Source of the DNA: Camelus ferus | Lineage: Eukaryota | Reading direction: 5' to 3' | Length of the DNA stretch: 64,000 nucleotides | Assembly (NCBI RefSeq): GCF_009834535.1 | Contig: NC_045698.1 | Coordinates: 15,192,001 to 15,256,000, forward strand | Notes under the pieces: generated by a model | Seen by the model: the letters and a program-made list of their open reading frames with translations, nothing else | Databases searched by the model: none | Told to the model about the DNA's origin: nothing | Shown: positions 26,806 to 40,500 of the stretch, one piece after another | Layout of the letters: the number at the start of each line of letters is the position of its first letter | Numbering within the stretch: position 1 is the stretch's first letter | Made by a program: the position numbers and the translations under genes

Positions 26806-29103
26806 TGGGATATAATATTACATTCAAGAAAAAATGCTCAGTTGACCAAATAAATACTAGTAGCTAAACCAGAATTTCTTTTTGCTCTTAATATACTTTT
26901 CTTGACTGGATAACTAAAGAATCAAATTATTGTTAGCTGCTTCATTACATGCTTACAGAGACACAAACATAAATACACACTCCACAAATGAAAGTATGTG
27001 CTTTTGTAAAGAGAAATACTCTCCAAAAAGTTACTTGTTTCCACGATACTGATTATGTCAGCTGGTTCCCCATTTAGCATCATATAACATCAAGCTATGC
27101 ATGTAGCATTTCCATCAGAATTTACGTTCAATGAGAATCTGTTTTTGTTCACTCTTCTACATCCATATCATTTAAATGAGCACCTGGAATCTAGCATGTG
27201 CTCAAAAAAAATCTGTTAATTGCATAGTAAGTAGATTTTGAAGTAACAAGTGTTGTCTAGTGTATGTAGCACAATCACAACTCTGCAGAAGTTTGCCTGA
27301 GCTCACATCATTTTGTATTCTTACCAGTGTAACTTCCCCAAATATAATCATATAACTTATTTTTAAAGCAAAACTGAACTTATGAAAATTTACTCATTCA
27401 AGGAAGTATGACACCTTGTCAGGTTCTTAGCGGAGTCTCAATAGAGAGGACTCAGAGCAGGGTTTTCCTGGTTGTGGAGCATGGACCCAAGTGAGTGAAG
27501 TGAGGCTCCCAAGTTGAGTAACATTGAAACAGTAAAAAATCAGCAAGGAGAGGATCTTGAAGCAACTTTTGATGAGTTATACTATTGTTGAAAATATAAG
27601 ACATTTACGCAGTTGAGCATGGTGTCTCAGACAAATTGTTCTTCAGTAACTTCCTGAGGCAAACAGTAAATTTACTTGGTTTTTAATGCTCTTTTCTTTC
27701 CCAGGCAAAAGCTTACAAGAGAGAGGAAAAAATTGCTATATTGAGATAAGTTGTTTGCATCTCATATCCTTCCTTGTTGTCCTTCTTCAGCCTGAGCTGG
27801 AGGAGAGACCATTATTATTTGGGGACATGATCAATCCAGATGTACACTGTGGTTGGGAGAGTCGCAGTAATATATCAGATTTCTTTTGAAGTGATTTAGA
27901 CCACTGCACAGTCAGGTTTTTCCCATTCTTTTGTTTGGATGACCGTCTATTATATCATTTGATGGTTCAACATCTAGACAAAAGAATGTAAAACTGGAAA
28001 TCACATATTTGAACAATATTACAGACAAATACTAAAAGAAGAATTATGATCAATATTTGTAGTTCACTTCTTTTTTTGGGTGCATCTATAAAATTTTTCT
28101 TTTACTACATAAAAATCAGATAGTTCAAATTAATAAAAGTAAAACTCCACATACTGTTAGCCTGACAGTGTGTATAGCCAGCTCACAGCACTTTGTGAAT
28201 TTCATTGCCTAATAAGCAGATAAGCTTAATAAATTTAAGTAAACTGTTTAACAGTAGACAGGATAAGTACAATGATCTACCTGATACCATCTCCACGGAA
28301 ACTTTTAGAAGCCACAACCAGCGATTCAGTTCCCTTAACGAGAGGATTATGAGTGGATGGAAGCAAGCCCTTGAGATGTCTTTCCTTTAGCCACAGAATG
28401 CCATTGCCACCCCCAAATCTAACCCTATATCACATAAGTGGAAACTGAGTCTCATGGAGTGGAAATGACTTGGATGAATGTCCTGACACTGAGTCCAGGG
28501 CTCGCCCCACTTTTGCAGACTGCACTTCACCCTTTTCCTTGTAACCATTTGGGGAAAATGAATCAATATTGATTTCAAAGCCCTTCAGAAAACATAAGCA
28601 CACACTTACTCTAGAAGGGGAAGCATTTCTTCATCACAGTTACTTCTTGCTGCTGGTTAGACTGGCTTCCTCTCCCTGAGTTTTAAGGGGTATCTAGAAA
28701 TGATAAAAAAAATTATTCAAATTAATGCTTCAAAAATAGGCAAAGTATCAAATGAATGAGGCCACAGATACTCTCTGGTTATCATGCCTTATTATTTCAG
28801 GCTGGGACAACTGCAGGGAATCTGGTTTCCCTTGGTCAGGGAGCTTCCCCTGCAGCCTAACCTACAAAGCCTGGGCCCAACAGCCAGATGCAGGGGAAGT
28901 TCGGCTGGTCCCCAGCTGAGGTGCCAGGGATTCCCTGAAGCTTACCTGGTGGGAGCTGCAGGTCCCCATGGCCCCACTAGTGTGGGGATGCTGGGGCTGG
29001 CCCCTGCAGTCCATTTCTAAAGGAGCCAAGAGAGCCCATGGTAAGCCAAAAAGCAAATCCTCCTTTCAATCTGACAAGCCCACAGAACCAGAGATGAAGG
29101 TTG

Positions 29104-29633
29104 GGTTAGACATCTATTGCTGCATGAGAAATGAGCTCTAAAACATAATGGCTTAAAACAAAAATAAACATTTGTTATATCCTCAGTTTTTGGTGAAGGG
29201 GAAGTCATCATGTCAGGAGTAGCTTATTAAGACTGGTTGTTTTGGCTAAGGATCTTTCAAGAGTTTATGTTTTGTTCATTGACTGGTCATCTGAAGACTT
29301 GGCCAAGGCTGGGGCATCCATTTCCAGGCTGGCTGGTGAATTGGTTTTGGCCATTGATAGACAGCTTCAGTTCCTCCCCACATGTATCTCTCCATAAGGT
29401 TAGTTCAAGGTCCTCACAAAATGATGGCTGGCTTCCCTAGAAGGAATGACTGAAGAGGCCAAAATGGAAGCTACCATGCTATTTTGGCCTAGCTTCACAA
29501 GTCACAGGCTGTCACCTCCACCATACCCAATATGACACCGAGATCAGTTCTAGGTCAGTGTGGTAAGTGCCTATACAAGGGCATGAATACCAGGAGGGGA
29601 GGCTGATTGGAGACCTGCTTGGTTGGCAACCAT
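29104..29633 (-). mobile_element. MaLR LTR (MLT1 family)
   Basis: 'ttagacatctattgctgc...aatggcttaaaacaaaaataaacatttgttat' and 'tacaagggcatgaataccaggagg' are reverse-strand MLT1 signatures. Confidence 0.8.
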
Positions 29634-30719
29634 GAAAAGATTCACTAAATTATGTAATTATGTAAATTATAATTTATAATTTTTGTTGTGTCCTCTTGAA
29701 ATTAATGATCTCATAAAATTCTATAGATATACTGTGTTCTTCTCCTAAAGCAGGCATTGTATCATTTGGAAACACCAGTATTAGCTCTTGTGCTTCTCTG
29801 TTTTAAACCATCATCTGCCCATTGTCATTAACTTCTTGGCTGAGGAGTTCCTTGGCTTTACTGCCATTTTATGACTTAGCTATAATCCCTGAATCACAGT
29901 ATGTAGGAACTCCTCAATTTCCATGTCTTGTGTAAAGTGTGATATCAAGACCCTGGGTGATAGAGGAAAACTTTACAGAAATCCTCTTTAGTGGTGAGGA
30001 TTTCAAAGATTTCAAATCTTGATTAGAGGCTCAATTTTTCTCCTTTGGAAAAAAAGGAGTTATTTAGTAAAAATGTTTTTGGTGTTTTTAGTTACTTTTT
30101 TTGTTTTCTGTTTTTGAGAGATATATTTTTATCAACATATTAAATAAAGCAATTCATGTATCACATTGAACTTGACACCTTAATAAATTGTAACAATTTC
30201 TGTAAAAATAAGCCATATTGTTTACATTGGAGGCATATTCACATCTCTCTGTAATTATATCAAGTATAGTCTCCATCACTTATTTTCACACTGTAGTAAA
30301 AATATCTATTTTTTTTTTTTTGCAGAAAAAAACACTTTGGTACTTAAAAGATACAAACATAATAATGAGAGAAGGGATAGCAATGGCAGCTTCAATGTAA
30401 TCCTGCAACTGGGTTGCAATTATTTTTTACAGATTTTCTATTTTTGTAATGTACAGAAACAAAAGCATTATTTTTATAGATAAAAAGACTCAGCACCAAT
30501 TATAAACCAATGTTATCTCAATTTAAAAACATTTTTAAAAGGACTCAGTACCAGGAAGATTAAGTAATTTATAGAGTTATGATGTAGTTATTAAACACAA
30601 GAGCTTGGAAGTGTAGCAGTTTTGTCTAATTCGAAATACTTCTTTTCCACTATATTACACCACTTTTGATTCAAAAGACTGAACTAAATGTACACATATG
30701 TAAACAGAGGGGAAAACAG

Positions 30720-31200
30720 AGAAATGATGGATGACTCCCAGATTTCTGAGCTGTAGAAAGAGTAATGCTATGGTATGCTAAGTCAACTACAGAAAAGGTT
30801 ATTAAGGGAAAGAACAAGTTAGTTACAGTACTGATAGGCAATAAGTATCTGCTTCGGACCTGGTGAGTTTAAGATGCTATGAAACTTCGAACTCTTGTCA
30901 CTTATGCAGTGGTATATACAACTCTGCAACTCACAGGACATAGAAGCAATGCTGGAATTTGTCAGCATAAACAGTCTATAATTCCATGTGCAGAAACAAT
31001 ATGAGATGGAAAGACAGATATGGTTGAAGGAAAGTTTAATACCAAATGTGGGGGTTCTCTTAGAATTCAAAGTTTAGGAAATGACCAAAAGAGGACTGAG
31101 GTGAGTTGTGATTGATCAAGAGTGTGGTCGCACTGAAGGCGCAGAGGGTTTATTTTTAAGTTTGAAGCCAGTGGTGGTTAAATGCTGCCCGGGAAATACT
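30720..31200 (-). mobile_element. L2 fragment
   Basis: 'gatgactcccagatttctgagctg' and 'gagtttaagatgct' resemble the L2 antisense body. Confidence 0.5.
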
Positions 31201-31439
31201 GTGATGAATACTCAACAACGGACTAGATAGAACATATATGTCAGAAAATGTAAAGAAAAATTAATCTATTAACAATACACATTATAAACAAAGGAAAAAC
31301 GAATGAATTGTTCAGAAATTGGACTTGAAGATTAAAAGATAAAATAAGCTTCATCTCATACCGTATATACTAAATTAATTCCAGACGAATCAAAAGCTTG
31401 CATATAGAAATTTTTAATCATTAAAACAGTAAAAGTGAA

Positions 31440-31660
31440 TTTGCTCTAAGGCACTTTTTAGATTATTTTACATATAGTAACTCATTTAACATGACTTCTA
31501 ATTTTCTTAGATTATTGAAATATTTTAGTCATTCTTCCACAAAACTGAGGCACTAAGAGAATATGAGATTTTCTCAATGCCACAAAGCTATTTAGTGATG
31601 AATTAGGAATTTGAAATCAGGTTAATTTGGCTTCAAAATGTTAACTTTAGCCTTTATGGT
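31440..31660 (-). mobile_element. MIR SINE
   Basis: 'aaaactgaggcactaagaga...cacaaagctatttagtgatgaattaggaatttgaaatcagg'. Confidence 0.65.
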
Positions 31661-34600
31661 ACACAACACATTGAACCACAAAGGGTAAAATGCACAAGTT
31701 AATCGTAAGAGTGGAATCAACCTCATTAATATTTAAAGAAAAATGCAGTGTAAGTTATGATATACCTTTTTACAAATTTAATGGAAATTAAAAAAAATCT
31801 TTAAAAGTATTTCTAGCCAACTTGCAGTGAAAAGGATCAATTCTCATATTATGTCCTAAGAAAGTACATGGGATAGAAAAAAAATTGGAAAATTCTTTTG
31901 AATTAAATTAACAAGAAAAATTTTAAACTTGTAGTTTTTGACTAAATATTTTGTCCCAGTTGAAGTTTATGTATAAAAGTGGCTCATTACACATACTTTT
32001 AAGGGAAAAAAATAAAATTATTAAGTTTATGTGCACTCTGAATCCTTCATTTTACAAAATTGCATATAAATTCACATATCTAGAATCAACAGAGTAAGTC
32101 TATAATATGGTGTTAATAATTCTGTAGGATATTTAGTTTTATGTTTTTAATTTTTTTCTAATTTTCTTTAATAAACATATATGCTTTGCTCATAGACTAA
32201 TCAAGTTTATTTTAAAAGAAACTTATCATTGTCTAAAACACTGAAACACTTGGGAATAATCTAAAAATTCAAAAAAATGAAACCGTTTACAATTACGCCT
32301 TTGTTGAATATTTAATGATGGGAGAAAATTCCCGTGATTAATTTTTTAAAATTTCATTTACAATACAATCTCTAGGGTATTATGTAAGTTAACTGTATTC
32401 TAAGTATTTGGGGTTAAAATTTATGTATTGTTAGGTTTTCTTTTCCATTAATATCCAAATTCTCTCCCATTAGTGTTCTTACTTTAATAATCAGAAGAAA
32501 ATCAGTATTACTAAATGGTAGGACTCAAAATTAAATATCTATGATAATGGACAATTATTTGATTCAGTATGAATCGGAACTGGCACAGGAAACAGCTCTA
32601 GAGCTTTTCATTCCCTTGAATATCATCTCTAGCCTTGACATTTAGAATTACAGACTGCTTTTACTCAGCCCTTGAGAAATACTCTATTGATGGGCGTGAA
32701 ATCAAGGAAGCTGAGAATGAGGACCAGCTCCTTTGTGAAAGGTCCGCTCTCCTTCTAATTGCCAAGTCTTGCCAGTAATTTCAACATGAAACTATGAAAG
32801 GATTTTAAAATCCAGTGTGATTAGGTGAGAGCGAAGCTGTCCCTTGGGATAAAAATCTAAAGAAACCATATTATTGAAATATCAGATTTGAGACTTTCTC
32901 TTCTGAATGATTTTAGCCTTTGAAATCTGTGTGTCTGTCTATTCAGGTAAACACCACACTCTTCTCTTCATGGTCCATTAGGTGTATTTTTATCATGAAA
33001 AGCACTTCCTTGAAAGAGCCCACACTATCTGAAAGACGCCACGTGTAACGTTGACTGGCAGGCATTTAAGAACATCAGACAGCCAATAAATCATTCAGAA
33101 CTTATGTCCTTCAGTGCAATGATCAAAATTTACCCCTTCTACCTTCACCAAGTGCATTTCAATATCAAATATTTTTTCTTATTTAAACTTATACATCAAC
33201 CTAAATATTAGGCCACGCAACAAAACTAATTGATTTGGCAATAATCCCTTAGAGGGTAACATTAAACTTAACCACAATTTACAGTTACAGGACTGATTTG
33301 GTTCCCAAACTCACTAACAAAGCAGTTAGTATCAAAGGCATGTTCCAGTCCTGATTTGTGTACAGAGGAACTTAATGGAACTGTGTAAACAGAAATATTT
33401 CCTTTTTTAATTCCTGGATTTATGATGTCTTGGTATTGAGGTTTTATAAGGAAACATTTTTTAAAATTATCAAGCAAACATTTTTGGTTTTATAAAAGCT
33501 AAAAGGCAAGCACTGTGATGGATACAGATGCCTTTTCAAGGCTAGATTTGCCCTGACTGCTGGGAGTAATATCAGAGGAGAGGCTTTAACCATTAGCCAG
33601 TTCAAAGATAGCCTCGGCTGTAAGAGTTGTCAGATCCAGTGTTGAGTCCTTCCTGGAGCGCATGGTATCCAAACACTGATGGAGACAACGCTATAAAAGC
33701 CTGAGTGTTTTGATCCAACCTGGGCTGAGCCTGACCGGTCCTGTCAGCTCCAGGGAAACCCATGGGTCTCATGCTCCATCTTCCTGTCCTGCTACTACAG
33801 GTGGTGTTCCCGTGGGTGCTAGTTAATAAAACTGTCAAGTACCAGATTCTCTCTGAGTCTATAACACACACGTTAAATGCAGAGGCAGCCATGCAAATTT
33901 TGTTTGGGGGAAATATTTCAAAAACTCATAAAACTAACATGTATAATTATTGGTTGTTTGGGTAGGTAATTTGAGGAGAGGGGAGCGATGATGGAAAAAT
34001 CAAAGAGAAAGTATAAGCTACTGCTAAATCATGAGTCTCCTCTCATATTTAGCAAATACACAAATTGCACGAACACTATACTCCTTTCTTAGAGCCAAAT
34101 ATTTCAATATTATATGTTTGTGTGTGTGTGTTTATGAAAGTCACTATAGATTTTACTGGATTTTATATACAGAGATTCTGAAAAGAATATCTGGAATTGG
34201 GTTGAGTAGTGGAGGAATAGTATGGACATACGAAACCCATTACTTTGTCATTTCATTAGTGTTACTATGGTAACCGTCAGACATCGCCATGATCTGAAAA
34301 TATATGTTTACACTTGCTAGCCTTTTTAAGTTATTTTTGTGAAATTAATAACTCTCCCTATTACTTTAAAACAAAGACAGTTATAATGATTTATTAATAT
34401 GAATTTATTGTCAATAATCCACATTGACTTATTGTATCTTTGTGGTGCCATTTAAAAATTAAATCGTAATAGAAGGGAATAAATGCATATTATAAGTTGC
34501 TTGCTTTGTGTTTTGGATTTCGTTAACTATAGGACTCTTTTTGCAATGAAAGGAGGTAAGACTAAGTTGTTCGTCTAAACTGAACTGGAGTTGGCATTTG

Positions 34601-36819
34601 TCATTAATCCCTGTCTCTCAAACCCTTACCTTTAACTCACTTCCACGTCTGTAACTAGCACACTGCATATTTATGTCTTTTGTCTTTTGTTTATCCAAAG
34701 AGAATTTAATCTCCGTGGAAGATTTTCTTGTCAGTTAGTTCATTCCTGTGTATTAGGACACCCTCTACGTCTAGAACCTTCCCAGGTATATATCAGGTAT
34801 TTAAATATTATTTGTTGAATGGATGGTTCTTGTTTCAAAAAGAAGTCAACATTTTAGCCTTAGTGGAGGGAATCCATGCCCATATCTGGCCCTGATTATA
34901 TTGTTTTTGTGACTCTAATGACAGATAAAATCATTTAAAGTAACTTTGTGTCTGAAGATTTTTTTCCTTTGTATGGAATCGAAAAATAGTGATAGGCGTT
35001 CTGACCTTTATATTCATTTGATGTTTGACAAAGTTTTCTCATCACTTGAAAACTGCTTGTTTATGTGAGTGCTGGTGTTAACTGTATAGCATGGAGGGGT
35101 GGGAGGGAGAGATGAAAATCTGTACTCCAGCTCTCCTTCCCCGTAACATAATTTGCTATATTGATTTTCCACCCTCTACTCCCCAAGTAAAATTTTGCAA
35201 CGGGCACATGGGAAACCCTGGCTGTAAGGAACAGAATTTAATATCCTACCCTGAGACAAGAGGTGACTTCATTTTGATTTTCCATTTAGAGTTTAAAGTC
35301 TAATTAAAGAAAATGCACATATATCTAGAGATAATCATAGATAAGAAACACATATAATTACCATTATCAGTGGATATTAAACAGCTGAAGCACAAAAAGA
35401 AATGAAAAAGGATTATCAGCATTATGCAAATATGTATTCGCCTCAAGAATTCCAGTTATCGTGAAAGTATTAAAATAATTCAACACATTCAGAACCCATA
35501 CACTTTGTGATCATTTTAAAAAGTATTCAGAAATGTTTCTGTGTGCAAAACATTTTTATAACGATCTTCTTTAAATGAAAGTATTTAGACTAGTATGGTA
35601 TAAAATTACATTGCAGAACACAATTATTTTCTTCTTTAGAATACACATAATAAAATGTAATTATCTGTGTTTTTTCATAAACATGAGTTTTAGTGGTGTT
35701 ACTTGATCCTGCATAATAGGGCACTTTTTTCCTGAAGGTAAATATAGTACAGTAATTCTTTCTTAACTCAGAAAGTATAGTTACAGTCTAGGCATAAAGG
35801 GTCTGAAGGTCAGACAGCAAGTGCAGTGAAATGTCTCAAACTACCTAGACTTCTAGAGAGAATTTTGGAAATTCTTATTTATTATCAGTTCACATATACA
35901 GCTGATAGCTCGAGAGTGAACTCTACAAGATTGTTTGCAAAAATCTCCTCTTTTCTTATTATTCCTAAGAATTCCTAAGAATAATCCTTAGATTCTCTGC
36001 ACTCCTCACTCATTCACTGCATGGAGGGAGGTATTATTTACAAGACTGCTGAGTGTTCTGGAAGGAAAGTCTGGTTTTGTATGTCTCAGTCATTTCCCCT
36101 TTGTTTGTGGAGCACAATTGCTGTGGTCTGCACTCTACCCAACACAGTAAAATTAGGGACAGGCTTCATCCTCTGGTGCGGTCTTGCAGCTTCCTGGGAA
36201 AGTTTGCATCAGGTGATGAAAAGGAACCACCCTATATGATCAAACTTAAAGACAGTTTTACAAACAATGAGTCAAAGAACATATGTTAATCTTTATCTGT
36301 TTAATCACTGCTTTTATAATGCTGTAGATTCTAACATTGAATGGACAGTCAATTTCTATATTAGCAAATACAAACAGTAAATACACTATGTATCAAATGC
36401 ATTGTATCCTTATACTCTTACAGTAATAGTCTTTTTTTAACTTTTTTACTGTTATTTATTGATTGGTTTGTCTTTATGCTAATATCATTTATACTATCAG
36501 ACTCTGACTATCTTGGAAACATGGGTTAATGAAAACATAAATTCCTCTTTCAAAGCTTGGAGTCTTAGAGAGTGACTCTCCAAGGTGAGATACTGATAGC
36601 CCTGTTGTGTGTGATTACTTAATATGTATTTGGTCACTATTTGGAGAGTTAGTCATTTTTTGCCTGCTTTGACACACAAAACATCTACCAACAAGTTATA
36701 CCTTATTTCTTCACTGATATTTTTAATTTTGCTCTTTGCGCCTGTTCACATTTCTTGTGTGTACAGGATGGCTTGAAGATTTAATTTAAAGTCATTATTA
36801 TATATGTCATCAGAGATTG

Positions 36820-37272
36820 CTGTTGACCTTCCAGTATTCCAGTGTTCATGGCTCCTTTCTTACTAACAGAACCCTAGTTTTCACTGAGCACAACGTCCCA
36901 TTTTCTATCTTCCCTTACGTCTGTACGCAACCATATTAAGACAAATTATGTGTAACTTCTGAGATGGCTCATTAAATGCAGTCGACTCAGCAGGGAGATA
37001 TGCCCTTTTTCAATCTTCCTATATATTTTGCCGCTGGCCTGGAATGCAGTTGTGATGGCTAGAAGCATGAAGCTACCTTTAAGACAGAAGCTGTGCGCTG
37101 AAGTTAGTGAAAGAAGAAAATGGTCTCAGGTTCCTGATGACAACGTGAAGCTTACAAACCCTCAGCAGACTGCCAGTTTGCAAACTTCTTTTATGTAAAA
37201 GAGTGAAAAACAAACCTCTATGCTTTTAAAGCTTCTATAGTTGGAGCTCCAAATGCTATTCCTAACTGATAA
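36820..37272 (+). mobile_element. MaLR LTR (MLT1J/K-like)
   Basis: 'ttactaacagaaccctagtttt', 'gcctggaatgcagttgtgatggctagaagc', ends 'tcctaactgata'. Confidence 0.7.
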
Positions 37273-37324
37273 ACGTGCCCACAAATGAAACAGGTATTAG
37301 AAATTGATTCATCAATTTATTCAT

Positions 37325-37530
37325 TTATTTTTATTTATTGATGCCTAGTTGATTTTTACAATGTATTTCAAGTCTACAACATAGTGATTCACAATTTTTA
37401 AAGCTTATACTCCATTTATGGTTATAAAATATTGGCTATATTTTCTGTGCTGTACAATATATCCTTACAGCTTATTTATTTTATATATAGTTTTTACCTC
37501 TGAATCCCCTTCTCCTGTCTTGCCCCACAC
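37325..37530 (-). mobile_element. L1 3' end (cetartiodactyl-style 3' UTR), 5'-truncated
   Basis: T-rich tail, then 'acaacatagtgattcacaatttttaaag...tactccatttatggttataaaatattggctata...ctgtgctgtacaatatatcctt'. Confidence 0.85.
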
Positions 37531-40500
37531 CATACTGATTTTACCTGCTGATGTGAGTGGAATATTGGGCTGTGCCTGTCTTTCCAGCAGGTTTGTAAGC
37601 TATGTTCTCCTCTAGCACACCACAAAAGGAGTGAGAAAGACACTTCCTAAATTTTAAAGAGAAATAGAGATACTTAAATAGTGGGTGATATTGATCGTGG
37701 TAGGAGGTTAGTGCCACCTTCAAAAATGTTTGCTCATTATATTTTGTGGCTTTCTCTGCCAATATCACAGTTCTGCAGATGATTACTTTTTAACCCTACT
37801 CTTTGAGAGTGAAAAGGGGGAACATAAAAGATAGAGTAAGAGGGAATCATTGCAGAGAACACAGTGGTGGACAGGTTTGTTGGAATCCTGAGCTTGGCCA
37901 CATCACAAAAGGATGTTCAAGTTCAAAGCTGGGAAAGAATGGATATCAAGCAACTTTAAGGTTACTTTTATGTTGATTTTCAGCCAGGTCAGCATTTAGG
38001 GTGCACAAACGTCATACTCTGAATAAGTCACAGACTTGAGTGGATTCAGCGATCTTCCCCACTCAAGGCCTGTCCGTCTTTTGTGGTCTCAGCAACCGTG
38101 TGCATTGATGAAACCACTGGTTCCTAGGAGCCCAGATCCCCAGGCCTGTGGCCTTTTTATAGTTTAGAAAGGGGCCTGGAGGTAGAGAGCAGGAGTATAA
38201 CAGCATTCAAGGATCTGCTCTGTTGCTTTATGGAAAAATTCACACTACACTGCATCTAAATTTTTCCAAATTATATTTCTGATGACCTTTTTGGGTTTAT
38301 GTAGGTTTTTAATACAGCTGTCCTGGCCCTGGCTTACACAGATATAAGACTGCCCATCTAATTGAAACTTAGCAGAAAGTTTGCTGAGATTTGAGGGGCA
38401 GTAAAGTTGGAAGTTGGACCATAAGTGTCCCTTGCTATTCTGATTCCCATCCAGACCCTCTGTGGCCAAAATTTAATCTTAACACTGTTTGTAACTAAGT
38501 ATTTGTATTTATCTGTCATTCATTTTGACAAGATGTCTCTTGAGAGATAAAATGCAGATGCAAAATAATAATTTCTTATAAAAATGTGTATGATTCTGAT
38601 AATAATGTCATGTTCTGTTTATCTACTTCTAAACTATAAATAATATTTTTGCTTCTAGCAAATTTTTATTTTTTATACATCAATTTGCCTGTTAGGATTC
38701 CTATAATAACTGTCAACTATCAGTGGGCTGATAATCGTTTCATAAGTTATAATGCACTTTTAATTGTTAGTAATTCTAGGATCTTTTAAATAAGAGAAGC
38801 ATCTGAGGATGACAGCTTTAAGGGAGATGGTCCTTTGGCCAAAAAAGGCGACATAAAACTTAGTGTGACATTTATTTATATATGATATTTTTATATCAAA
38901 AGAGATTTTAAAAAAGGTGTGCTATACTGGTTGTACATTATTCTATGCTGCATTTTACAGTTGCTTTTCATGTTTATTAAAAAATGTGCCACTTCAAAAA
39001 GTCATGAAAATGATTTATTTAAAAATGATATTAATACAAAATCAGTAATATAGTTCAACATATTTTAAATGGTTATATACATACACATGCAAATATTCTA
39101 AACATTTTTCTGTGATATAATTTTAATTTAGTAAGATTTAAAATTTGAAATTGCAATGGGATTTTAAGATGACTCGGTGATTTTAACCATAGTTTTCTTC
39201 TGTAAATGAATTTGTTAAGGTTTTAACTCCATTAATTTTATATTTATATAGTTAGCTTAAGTAGGCAGATTTTAATACAACTCATGATTTTACTGGCTTT
39301 CCATTGATCGTATCTATTTTTAAAATTACCTTTTTCAATGATTTGCATTTTAATTACTTTTTAATCAAAGTTTTAATTGTACATGGTTGATACTAAGCTT
39401 TAAATAATTATATACAATTTATTAAAAAAATTAAACCTTAACATAGCTATATCAGTCAAACTTCTACATTATATTAGGAATGTGGTTTGATTCTGATAGA
39501 GACAATGAGTCTTTCAGGTCTTGAATAATATTCTGTTATGTAACTGCCTGCTGATTCACTCCGGATATTTCTCCCTGAGAAAGTTGGGTTGACTAATCTC
39601 TCCTTTATGATGTAGCTCAAATGCAGCATACAGACCTCAATGATAATATGTCCTATGATGCTTACAGTCAGTAATTTATTATTCATATTTTTAATCTCAG
39701 TACTTTATATGGTAGTTGGAATGCAGACAAATCTCTATAAACATTTATGCCATAACCAAATGCAACATTAAAAAACACTTAAGATGAAGATACTTATTCA
39801 CTGTGATTGATTTTTGGATATATTTGATACATAAAATTACTCTGCATATAAACAATACCAAACCTAAAAAGAAAATTTTAAAAATCTGAAAGGATTGATA
39901 TATTTGATTTTAAACATAAGTAATATTGACAGAGTACAATGATAATTATACATTCAAAGTCTCTTATTTGGTTCTTAAATTGATTGTTTCAAAAAACTGA
40001 TGAAAGAAGGCTATGCAGCAAGCCTGGGGTACAGATGCGCACATTTCAAAGCATAGCACACATTGTCGTGAATCCCTAAGTATGGCAACAATATTTTTAA
40101 CTGAAGATGTCACAAGCCTTCAAAACACTTGAAAATAAGTGCCTACTCAGGATAAAGACAAATTGTTCACTCCTGCTTCTACTACTACTTTTTTCCTTGG
40201 GCAGTAAATCCTCTAAGTACAGGAGCAGCCTCCTTACATAAATAAAACAGGAGAGTGAATGTCCTTGTTCAGGCCAAAGTTCTGTCCAGACAATGACAGT
40301 GACGTGCAGAGGAGGCAAAGTAGTTGTGCAAGAACTTGATCTGTTGGCACTACTTTTGATCCAACCAGTGAGAAACGTTACACTGTATATCAAGAAGCTG
40401 TTTTCTTTCCTTCTCTCTTATCTATCTATCATCTATCTATCAACTTGATTTAAATACTTCCTTCATCATCTCAAGTTTTGTCTGCTGCATCAATTCCCCT

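Noticed and set aside
32660..32760. Protein-like frame LEKYSIDGREIKEAENEDQLLCER
   Set aside because: Short, with a weak donor (AG|gtccgc) and no homologue I recognise.
37705..37726. Partial CTCF-like motif (AAGGTGGCACTA on the minus strand)
   Set aside because: It lacks the 5' CCAS part of the core and is too weak to call.
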